Made by a program: the position numbers and the translations under genes | In this document: one piece after another, positions 54,901 to 62,479 of the stretch | Numbering within the stretch: the first letter of the stretch is position 1 | Layout of the letters: every line of letters starts with the position of its first letter | The notes under the pieces: generated by a model | Databases searched by the model: none | What the model was told of the DNA's origin: nothing | The model's input: only the letters and a program-made list of their open reading frames with translations | DNA from: Clostridia bacterium | Lineage (GTDB): Bacteria; Bacillota; Clostridia; Christensenellales; DTU072 | Direction of reading: 5' to 3' | Assembly: GCA_045601385.1 (NCBI GenBank) | Contig: JAZRZM010000005.1 | Coordinates: 823-64,822, forward strand | Length of the DNA stretch: 64,000 nucleotides

Positions 54901-57900
54901 GAACGACGCCTCGGACACGTTGCCGTAGAAGAAAATCGTATTATTGAATACGAACGGTATATCCTGCAAGTCGTACACGGTAATAACGTACGACGTGGAC
55001 AAATAATCGTAGTCGCGGTATTGCACGCCTACGGTCACTTTGACGCCTGTTTTACTGTAAATATCGGTGCGGAAACCGCTATACGATATGTCGCTGTCGG
55101 TCATGGCGATATACTTCATCATATAGCCGACGGAAACGCCGCGCGCGTTGAATTTGGTAAACGTCAGATTGAGTATACCCGTCGAAACGTCCTGCTCCGC
55201 GTTACGGATATAATTGGTAAGCGGCTTATGCGTTTCGTTGATATCCACACCCGTCAGCGTGGCGCGCCATACGTAAATATAGACGTCGCAAGAATGGTTG
55301 CGATACTTGATGGCAATACGCCGATATCCCGTGGAAGAATCGATTTTGTCGTAGGAAAGCATTTCGGGCGTAATCGGCACGTTACCGACCGTACCGTCGG
55401 CATAATAAACGGTCAAAGTCTTTACCGTCAATACGTCGCCGATATACTCGGTCATCATGACGTCCCAACCTGCGGCGACCTCGCCGAGCACATAAACGGT
55501 ATTGCTGACGGTATACATCGACGAAAGTTTGTTCGTGTCCCGTAAAAAGTTCTCCGCTTCCTGCAACGTGACAAAGGATTTCTTTGCCGAAAGCGTAACG
55601 CCCTCGACGATTTCGTCTCCGTTCGCATTAAGATAATTCCCGTTGCGGACAAGATAATAATAGGTATCCGCCGCACGGTAAATCTGCGTTTCATAAAGGA
55701 AAGCGCGCGCTTCCGCCGCCGTATCGAAGATCGCTTTCGTCCTGCTTGCCCCGCTTTCCATATAGTCGTTTATGGCAAGTCCGACCTCGTTCAGATAGTC
55801 GCCTCCGCGCTTTACATAGTATTTTTCATTTTCACAAACGATTCCGTTCAGTATATCGGCATATTCGTTTGCGTCGTCTTCACTATTATAATAATAAAGA
55901 AGTTTGTATCCGTTTTCGGTCACGAAAGAACCGTACGTGTCCGCCAAAACGTATTTTCCCGTTACCGAATCCGACATAACCTTGTACGGAGCGCGCGAAA
56001 GCGCAAGAATTCTGCGGCGCATGGACTCGGCCTCGTCCCGCGCCTGTGCGTTCGTTTTGCCCGTCAATGAAACAAAGTAGGGCGTATAACCCGTTCTCCC
56101 TTCTTCGTCCACGTATTTCCCGTTGCCGTTCGCGATATAATATCCCGTCGTCGTCTGCGCCAAAGTCAGAGCAAGCAGTCTTGCACAGGCTTCTTCGCTT
56201 TCTTTTTGCGTGGCAAAATAGAGTTTTTCTCCCGTCGTGACGACCGAACCGTCTTCGGAAACGTATCCGAGCGTATAAACACCGTTGCCGTCCGAATACA
56301 AAACGGCGGCTCTTCCGTAGCGGTCAAGCACGGCGTACTGATTACCCATACCGTAACCGGCGATGTATTTGCCCGGTACTTCGGCGGAAATATCCTCGTC
56401 GCTACCGATATAGCGCACCGCCACCACGTCGTATGTGTTGGATGAAACGGATATGGAAAAGACGGTGGAAACGTCGGTATTCTGCGCGGCGACGCTATGA
56501 TGCAATTCGACCAGAACTTCTCCGATCACGTTAGCGATATCGGACGAAAGGGCTCCGCCCTTTTCCCAACCGGTCGTAAACTTTTCACCGGGACGATCTT
56601 CGTTAAGAGCCGCTATTCTCCTTTCGGCGGCGTCGAGCGTGGTAAGTCCGGCGTCAATAATGGTCGAGACGTTGCCGTCTTCATCGACGATCTCCCCGTC
56701 CGCATTGTAGACGACGTACAATTTTTGATACAGCGCATACCACCAACCGTCGTTTTGACGGAAAGACGAAACGCCCCGGAGCGTCTTGATCGGTTCGTAC
56801 GGTCCGGCATTGTAATAGGTGTAAAAAGTAAATTCCGAAAAATCGAGACTCTGCGTCGTCAGATACGCCGTTTTCCCTTCGGCGATCATCGCAAGCCCCG
56901 TTTCGCTTCTCGGACCGACCGAAATCTGCAAAGTCGTATCGTCCGTCGCGCCGAGGAAATAGAACTTGACGGGAATAAGCGTATCGCCCTCGGTCAGCGT
57001 GTTGGTGTCCGAGTCGTAAATCATATCTGCGGTCGCGTTTATTTTGCGGGAAGAGTTACCGACCGACAAAGTCACGTACACGCCGGCAAGATCCCAGTCT
57101 TCGTACTGTACGTAATTCGTCTTGCAGATATTAACGCCGGCGTCAACGTCCAGCGTGACTTTAATCGAAGTAAGCAACCACTCTTCGTTTTCGATCAAGT
57201 AGTAATAAAAATCGGTATAACAGGCATAGATGTCCGCCTTTTCAAAATAGACGAAAGAATCGTCCGCTACCTCCTGCTGATAGTCGGTATAACACGGATC
57301 GTAATAAGTCAAACGTCCGATACACCGTCTGCCGATTTTTGTTTTTTCGGCAATTAAAGACGGGTTTGCCGCCGTTTCCGCCTCGCTGTAAACATAGAGT
57401 TTACATTCGTCGCTTATATAAAGGTTATCGTACGCTTCGTTGGTAAAGGTCATCTGCGCCTTGCCGCCCGTCGACATTTCGCCGGCGTTCGCGGTGATTT
57501 CCGAGCCGTACAAAAGGAGCGTTTCGTTATTGCGGTAAGTCACCGAATACACGGCGCCCGTCAGGTCTATTTTTTCGGCGCCGGCGACATAAACCTTCGT
57601 CGCTTCCCTGATGACTTCCAATCGGCTGTCTATCATCGGTTGCGGTACGACGCGGCAGGTAATGGCGTCGGCAAAAATCTCTTCGGCGTCCTCTTCAAGA
57701 AGGGCCGCGTCCTCTTCGGGCAAGCGAAAACGTATCGTCTTCTGATACACGCCGCCGTCCGTGCCCTCGGCACAGTACAGACTCATACCGTCCGCCAGCA
57801 TGTCTTCCGTCACTTGGCGGTAGTCGCTCGTCGTTTCGTTGTTGTATTTAATATAGTATTGCAAAGAGCCGATGGATATGGTATCGCCGACAAAGAACCT

Positions 57901-59685
57901 TTGACCGGAAATAGTGTCGGTAGACGGCACAATATACATATTGGTCGGATACCGTCCCTCCACGCCGACATACAGCGAAACGTGGTGTTCGGGCACGCCG
58001 CCGTACACAAGCCACAGTTCGTACCACCCGGGCTCGGCGATATCGAGGGGCTGATTGACGGTTTCCGCACCGGCGTTGACGACCGAAATCATCGAACTGT
58101 TCAGCGAGAAAGTCTGCACCGTCCCGTCGTCGTACGTTACGCGCACCTGTCCCGTGGCAAGGTCGATCGTGTCGCCCTGTATCATGTTCTTGATCGTCGT
58201 CGTATCGGCATATTTGGTCGGCATAATATCGTCGATATTGACGATTGCCATTTCTTTATAGGCTTTACCTTGCGTCTTGCTGGTAAACGTCGTCGTCGGC
58301 GCGGTACGGATAATAACCGTTCCGTCGTCCCGCACTTCATCCACGATTCCGCCGCCTATGGAAAACACGCTGCTTGTACCATAGGTACCCAACATGGTAT
58401 TGTCCGCGATGATGTCGCCCGGTTTGACCGCCACCGTCGTCAGATTGTAGGGCATGTATGCCGAAACGGTAATCGTCCCCATTCCGTCCGCGTTATTCTT
58501 CATCGACGTCACCTTGCCGTAACTTTTCGACAAAACGGCGTCCAACGTGATTTCTTTACCGTCGCGGACGATATGGTTACTCGCAAGTTCCATATCCGGT
58601 TGCACCGTGCCGCCCACTTTGACGTACGCGTTACCGTAATAAGTATAAGTAAACTCGGTCGGATAGTCTTCGGGCAGATATAAAAGAATCGCCTCGACCG
58701 TCCTTTCCACGCTGTCGTCGATGCTGACGTACAAGTCGTTTTTCAAATCGGGCACGTCACGATAGTCGCCCTCTTTGGACGCACCCGTCGCCACGTCGTA
58801 CAAAGGCGTCTGCTCGTTGTCGTATCCGACGCGAAGGCTCATGCCGGAAAGATCGTAGCGATTATGGATTTTTGTCGTATAGGTACCGCCGAAGGCTTTG
58901 ACGAAAAGTTCGGCGGCGTCTTCCGCTTCGGCAAGCGTGGCGTACCCGGCAAAATCGTTTCCGTCCACCGTCGCGCCGTATGCGTCAAGAGGCTTACCCG
59001 TCCTGCCGTCGTGCACGGCGTAGACGTATTGTCCCATACCGATGTAGACAAAATTGTTTTCCGCCGAATCGACCACGCTTATCGAGGTGGGCGTTTTTTC
59101 TTCGTAATATACACGGAACGAAAGGATCTCTCCGTAATAGAAAGCGTTTATCGTCTGTTCGCCCAACCGATACGGATCGTACTCGTCCAACATGTCTTCG
59201 GTCAAAGCGAAATCCGATGTCTTCTCTTCGCTCTTATCCAACCCTTTTTCAAAATTCATCCGCACCGTCGCCCCGGCAAGGTCGATCGGTTGCCCCGCGA
59301 CGTAGCGCGTCACGTACGGTTGGGAAAGAAGTTCGATCGAAGAAAGCCGCCATTCGGTTACGACGATGTCGAACGAGGCGGACACGCCCGCATAGCGCAC
59401 GACGACCGTCTGCTCGCCCGGTTGCGTCATATCAAAAGAGGTCTTGTCGATCATCTCTTCGGTCAGGTCGAAAACCTGCGTTTTGTTATTATTGTAAACA
59501 ACGTGGATTTGCGCGCCGTCGATAAGAAGACTGTCTCCGGCGGTATATTCGGTCATTTCGATACCGTCAACCGTCATAGAAACGGCTTTGGGCGCGGCAA
59601 AAGTCAGATCGGGGGAACAAGCGCACAGCAGAAAAAGGCATGAAACGACAAGCAAAAACGTCCATAAAAAAGATTTCTTGCTCAT
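51994..59685 (-). CDS. giant modular surface lipoprotein (2,563 aa)
   Basis: ATG at 59685 (MSKKSFLWTFLLVVSCLFLLCAC) with a GGGGG SD. Signal peptide plus lipobox. Multiple Big_3-like Ig domains ('Y..Gd.ldl.Ga.v.v.Y.ng..') plus three further repeat classes. The frame is uninterrupted for 7.7 kb. Confidence 0.9.
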   Translation of the reverse strand: MSKKSFLWTFLLVVSCLFLLCACSPDLTFAAPKAVSMTVDGIEMTEYTAGDSLLIDGAQIHVVYNNNKTQVFDLTEEMIDKTSFDMTQPGEQTVVVRYAGVSASFDIVVTEWRLSSIELLSQPYVTRYVAGQPIDLAGATVRMNFEKGLDKSEEKTSDFALTEDMLDEYDPYRLGEQTINAFYYGEILSFRVYYEEKTPTSISVVDSAENNFVYIGMGQYVYAVHDGRTGKPLDAYGATVDGNDFAGYATLAEAEDAAELFVKAFGGTYTTKIHNRYDLSGMSLRVGYDNEQTPLYDVATGASKEGDYRDVPDLKNDLYVSIDDSVERTVEAILLYLPEDYPTEFTYTYYGNAYVKVGGTVQPDMELASNHIVRDGKEITLDAVLSKSYGKVTSMKNNADGMGTITVSAYMPYNLTTVAVKPGDIIADNTMLGTYGTSSVFSIGGGIVDEVRDDGTVIIRTAPTTTFTSKTQGKAYKEMAIVNIDDIMPTKYADTTTIKNMIQGDTIDLATGQVRVTYDDGTVQTFSLNSSMISVVNAGAETVNQPLDIAEPGWYELWLVYGGVPEHHVSLYVGVEGRYPTNMYIVPSTDTISGQRFFVGDTISIGSLQYYIKYNNETTSDYRQVTEDMLADGMSLYCAEGTDGGVYQKTIRFRLPEEDAALLEEDAEEIFADAITCRVVPQPMIDSRLEVIREATKVYVAGAEKIDLTGAVYSVTYRNNETLLLYGSEITANAGEMSTGGKAQMTFTNEAYDNLYISDECKLYVYSEAETAANPSLIAEKTKIGRRCIGRLTYYDPCYTDYQQEVADDSFVYFEKADIYACYTDFYYYLIENEEWLLTSIKVTLDVDAGVNICKTNYVQYEDWDLAGVYVTLSVGNSSRKINATADMIYDSDTNTLTEGDTLIPVKFYFLGATDDTTLQISVGPRSETGLAMIAEGKTAYLTTQSLDFSEFTFYTYYNAGPYEPIKTLRGVSSFRQNDGWWYALYQKLYVVYNADGEIVDEDGNVSTIIDAGLTTLDAAERRIAALNEDRPGEKFTTGWEKGGALSSDIANVIGEVLVELHHSVAAQNTDVSTVFSISVSSNTYDVVAVRYIGSDEDISAEVPGKYIAGYGMGNQYAVLDRYGRAAVLYSDGNGVYTLGYVSEDGSVVTTGEKLYFATQKESEEACARLLALTLAQTTTGYYIANGNGKYVDEEGRTGYTPYFVSLTGKTNAQARDEAESMRRRILALSRAPYKVMSDSVTGKYVLADTYGSFVTENGYKLLYYYNSEDDANEYADILNGIVCENEKYYVKRGGDYLNEVGLAINDYMESGASRTKAIFDTAAEARAFLYETQIYRAADTYYYLVRNGNYLNANGDEIVEGVTLSAKKSFVTLQEAENFLRDTNKLSSMYTVSNTVYVLGEVAAGWDVMMTEYIGDVLTVKTLTVYYADGTVGNVPITPEMLSYDKIDSSTGYRRIAIKYRNHSCDVYIYVWRATLTGVDINETHKPLTNYIRNAEQDVSTGILNLTFTKFNARGVSVGYMMKYIAMTDSDISYSGFRTDIYSKTGVKVTVGVQYRDYDYLSTSYVITVYDLQDIPFVFNNTIFFYGNVSEASFGMDTGKQIPEFAFPSENYIRMDYIQSKNLIPYKQFLQMNLTKEERSTYFAVKGYDENMNLDVLYYISADSLETDEAHPFDPASGTYYVIYSAYVLKSASGEVLERMTATEYAEDPDSVLTVCTQEQYEALSAGKRALYIRSERYTLGDIVYSAEEYAALPPESQALVNVSYIYTLTKRSLTQGYTGEAVRYVYTPEQYAKLDERYKGICTHYVYARFAGECVSAFFTQEEYDAMSATQREGLEPFEFYVIKKSRLVPVTLSGDILYSYSKEEYAALPSELSALCEEINNVYYLFVRVDDPNNKYYENANYCLQEFSIIPKVIDVSVVTPSENAYVLRVTTANNPSAIAYLHNPTNLDALSAILYDETNEKYKVEGTTFKSLIKEISLMSPNEDYFELRVEAYAPSAKAKTAASSVFYFLLKTMYESTGIANIKVGKEKSDFNTNASESACTTLIGGALEVGVNMFTEVKSDVEYDISYSVTYGELLKRKGVLQLLSGRLLLSYDESVREYTAVCGTLGHGSYTIDLTPIVFSMTGKKELTVHTRERSETDLLIRVYMPNAHTVYSSWVLGGDFAKLRAEMVGENGSCDFLSDIAILSPNREYFELVFTPNDLWTGSDEQKERIYSVLNYMKNYGVTKAYLGKDLHLYESGSEYVTFDADASFSQTASFDTTVKNVSDEMLSFAHMANDFYAGISDSVALSCETTEYVLRVDLISNWRGVNSQKEALAKAIYHFLADKLTLYGNVLYGGKEINECNESDFFALVDREVDLVDYLYIKVPFTYLADSDKLYAYIRNNFETDKNALSDEYEGIRDMSILTAEPVTTVKFLFTKPVAALTDPQKDALDELYKNFLADMKEGFSVDRLYYGSDTFVFTQTSGREEFVAAFDRIVQTGVNIFRQNRCEIYDVTYYIDTADLLQYSGIYMLLTGGASVDTSVVKTGEFSAEAGTLADGDFYVVQYDGLNGIMITE

Positions 59686-59860
59686 AAGTTTAACCCCCAC
59701 GATAAAATATAAATATATTATATATTACGCGCGCACAAAAAGCAAGAGCCAAAATCATTATTTTTGCCGAAAAAAAAGGAGCGGCACTTATTTAGTGCTT
59801 TACGCTCATAAAACGAGAAAATTCATTGTCACGCGCAAAAAAAAGTCGTATACTGAAAAC

Positions 59861-60529
59861 ATGGTACACTTCGGAAACGATTGGGACGACGTCCTGCAAG
59901 GAGAATTCGACAAAGACTACTATCGCAATTTGCACGACTTTTTGCGCGAAGAATACGCCACGCAGACAGTCTATCCGCCCATGCACGATATCTTCAACAG
60001 TCTGAAAACCACCCCCTATAAAGACGTGCGCGTCTGCGTCATCGGACAGGATCCTTACTTCAATCCCGGTCAGGCGCACGGCATGTGCTTTTCGGTACAA
60101 GAAGGCGTCCCCTGCCCGCCGTCGCTGAAAAATATTTATAAAGAGATTTTTGACGATTTGGGTATCCGAGAACCGAATTGCGGATACCTGATGAAATGGG
60201 CAAAGCAAGGCGTCCTGCTCCTCAACACTGTGCTTACTGTGCGGAAAGGCGCGCCGTTTTCCCACCGCGACAAAGGGTGGGAAACATTCACCGACGACGT
60301 CTTGAAAAAACTCAACGAGAAAAAAGAACCGATCGTTTTTTTACTGTGGGGACAACCCGCGAAGAAAAAAGCGGCGATTATCGATAATCCGATCCACCTC
60401 AAACTCGAAGCGGCGCACCCGTCTCCTATGTCGGCGACAAACGGTTTTTTCGGTTGCAGACATTTTTCAAAAACAAACCGTTTTTTAGTCGAACACGGAC
60501 TCGAACCGATCGACTGGGATCTGAATTGA
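59861..60529 (+). CDS. ung: uracil-DNA glycosylase
   Basis: ATG at 59861. VIGQDPYFNPGQAHGMCFSV and AAHPSPMSA motifs. 222 aa. Confidence 0.93.
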   Translation: MVHFGNDWDDVLQGEFDKDYYRNLHDFLREEYATQTVYPPMHDIFNSLKTTPYKDVRVCVIGQDPYFNPGQAHGMCFSVQEGVPCPPSLKNIYKEIFDDLGIREPNCGYLMKWAKQGVLLLNTVLTVRKGAPFSHRDKGWETFTDDVLKKLNEKKEPIVFLLWGQPAKKKAAIIDNPIHLKLEAAHPSPMSATNGFFGCRHFSKTNRFLVEHGLEPIDWDLN

Positions 60530-60534
60530 TTTTT

Positions 60535-60744
60535 TTATAATCCGAAATTCGTCCCCTGACCGCAACCGCACGAAGACGTTTCTCCGCCGCAGGAGCAAGA
60601 CGAACCGTTATCGGACAAACACAGCAAACAAAGACACATGGCAAGGGTATTTTTATTATCCGCCATGCTTCCTCCGCATCCGCACGAGCCGTTTCTGTTA
60701 TTATTCAGAATCATTAACAAGAGCATCGGCAAAGAATCAAACAT
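60535..60744 (-). CDS. small Cys/Gly-rich protein (69 aa, 9 Cys)
   Basis: GGAGGT 9 nt upstream of the ATG at 60744. Three S-C-(G/S)-C-G motifs plus MCLCLLCL. Divergent from an ArsR-family gene. Confidence 0.5.
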   Translation of the reverse strand: MFDSLPMLLLMILNNNRNGSCGCGGSMADNKNTLAMCLCLLCLSDNGSSCSCGGETSSCGCGQGTNFGL

Positions 60745-60813
60745 AAAGAAAATACCTCCGTTTTTTTCGCTTATTCTACAATATGCGTCAAATAATCCGT
60801 TCGTGACAGGTTT

Positions 60814-61215
60814 ATGATGGAAGAAAAAAAACGGAGAACATCAAAAATGAGTTTAGACGAAATTATTGCACGCTACATGCCGACGGACGAATCCATTCGG
60901 GACATCTGCGAGTTCTTTTCGGTATTCGCGCAGGACACGCGCATTCGGCTTGTCTCACTGCTATCCATCTCGCCCCTTTCGGTAGGCGACATCGCGCGAC
61001 TTCTCAACATCAACCAAACGACGGTTTCGCATCAACTGCGTATTCTCAAAGACCGCCGCGTCGTAGCCTGCACCCGTCGCGGAAAAGAAATCGTCTACAC
61101 CCTCGCTTCCGACGGCGTAAACGACATTTTATTGCAAGCCGTCAAGGTCACGCGCCTGCGCGAAGACACCTTCGCCGAGCGCCTCAATAAACAACCGACG
61201 GAATTCAGAGCGTAA
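60814..61215 (+). CDS. ArsR/SmtB family transcriptional regulator
   Basis: FSVFAQDTRIRLVSLL...SVGDIARLLNINQTTVSHQLRILKD is a winged HTH of the ArsR type. The classical alpha3 CxC and alpha5 His ligands are not evident. Confidence 0.85.
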   Translation: MMEEKKRRTSKMSLDEIIARYMPTDESIRDICEFFSVFAQDTRIRLVSLLSISPLSVGDIARLLNINQTTVSHQLRILKDRRVVACTRRGKEIVYTLASDGVNDILLQAVKVTRLREDTFAERLNKQPTEFRA

Positions 61216-61239
61216 CAAAAAACTTTTTCCGCAAAAAAA

Positions 61240-61788
61240 TTATTTTTTTATTTTGGAAATCCGCACGCACGCGTATTCGTAGCCTTTGATTAAAAGAAAG
61301 TCATATAAAAGGAACAAAACACTAAAAACGATATTAAAAACGACATAAAACGCGCTTTCGGAAAGATTTTGCACCAAAGTGATTTTGGAAAAATCGACGC
61401 TGATCAAACCGAGCGCACGATACGCCACCCAAAAAACAAGACAGGAATAAGCGATTTTTATAAGACAAGAAAGAATAATTTTATACGGTTTATCACCGCA
61501 TTTTTGTTCGGCAAAAACGGTCAGCACGACGTAAAAGCCGCTGCACATAACGAACGAAACGATCTTGACGTTGACGATAAAAAAGCCGACGACCGCCGCG
61601 ACGATGACGGCAAGGACGGCTTCGCGATAGTATTTTTGCGTCAAAGGCAGGACGATACCGATAGCGGAAAGAGCGACGCACGAGACGGAGACGTATCGCA
61701 CGAAATACCCGATCAAAATAAAGACAAGGCTGACCGCCGCGCCGATTCCGCCGAAAGCGAGCCGCCTTGCCAAATCTTTTTTCTTCAT
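61240..61788 (-). CDS. polytopic membrane protein (5-6 TM), unknown function
   Basis: 182 aa, strongly hydrophobic. Starts 1 nt after the stop of the J-like gene. Confidence 0.6.
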   Translation of the reverse strand: MKKKDLARRLAFGGIGAAVSLVFILIGYFVRYVSVSCVALSAIGIVLPLTQKYYREAVLAVIVAAVVGFFIVNVKIVSFVMCSGFYVVLTVFAEQKCGDKPYKIILSCLIKIAYSCLVFWVAYRALGLISVDFSKITLVQNLSESAFYVVFNIVFSVLFLLYDFLLIKGYEYACVRISKIKK

Positions 61789-61789
61789 A

Positions 61790-62479
61790 TCAGCAGCAAC
61801 GAATCAGGTCGCCGCCCATACATTCGCAACAACAGTCGGCGCACAGGAGCGAATTACAGCAGTCGCACACCGTACAACCGCGCCGCGCGTTGCGGAAATC
61901 GGCTTCCGGTCCCGAATAGACGCTCTCGCCGTTCTTTTCCGTTTCACTGTAAAAAGAATTGCCTTTTTCGGTCGTATGCGCGCGCATTTCCGTTTCCAAA
62001 GCGGTTTTTGCGTCGGCATATTTGGTATTCGACGGCTCCATATTGCAAGCGAATTCCAACTGTTTCAAAGCGTCCGCGTGCCAATTTTTCCGATAAAAAA
62101 TCGCCGATTGCAGATAGTGCCACTTTGCCGAGCGCGACGTACAGTCGTCCAGGATCTTTTGCGCGGCGTCCATTTGTCCGCTTTTAATAAAGGCTTCGGC
62201 TTTATCAAGATCCATCGAATACCGATTGTCGTCGGTCTCACTGTAAAAAGAACCGCTTTGCGAAGAAAAACTTTCGTACCCTCTCTCACGCAGAATATCG
62301 CACGCGTCGTTATATGCGTCTTCTATTTCTTCCAAGCGCGCGCACGCTTCCGCGCCCTCTTCGCCCGGATTAAAACGCTTTTCCTCATATAACGCGCGTT
62401 TTTGGGTGTACGCGGCATATAATTCGTCTCTCGACGCGCTTTCGCTTACGCCTAAAATTTCAAATGGGTTTCTTTGCAT
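61790..62479 (-). CDS. J-like domain protein lacking HPD, with TPR-like middle and Cys-rich C-terminus
   Basis: NPFEILGVSESASRDELYAAYTQKRALYEEKRFNPGEEG aligns with the J domain, but YHPD is replaced by YEEK. The tail CTVCDCCNSLLCADCCCECMGGDLIRCC has 11 Cys in 28 aa. Confidence 0.7.
   Translation of the reverse strand: MQRNPFEILGVSESASRDELYAAYTQKRALYEEKRFNPGEEGAEACARLEEIEDAYNDACDILRERGYESFSSQSGSFYSETDDNRYSMDLDKAEAFIKSGQMDAAQKILDDCTSRSAKWHYLQSAIFYRKNWHADALKQLEFACNMEPSNTKYADAKTALETEMRAHTTEKGNSFYSETEKNGESVYSGPEADFRNARRGCTVCDCCNSLLCADCCCECMGGDLIRCC

Noticed and set aside
60535-60744. The Cys-rich 69-aa ORF as a RiPP precursor (SCIFF, ranthipeptide or thiopeptide).
   Set aside because: No radical-SAM maturase, cyclodehydratase, lanthionine synthetase or peptidase/exporter gene lies adjacent. 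The neighbours are ung and an ArsR-family regulator.
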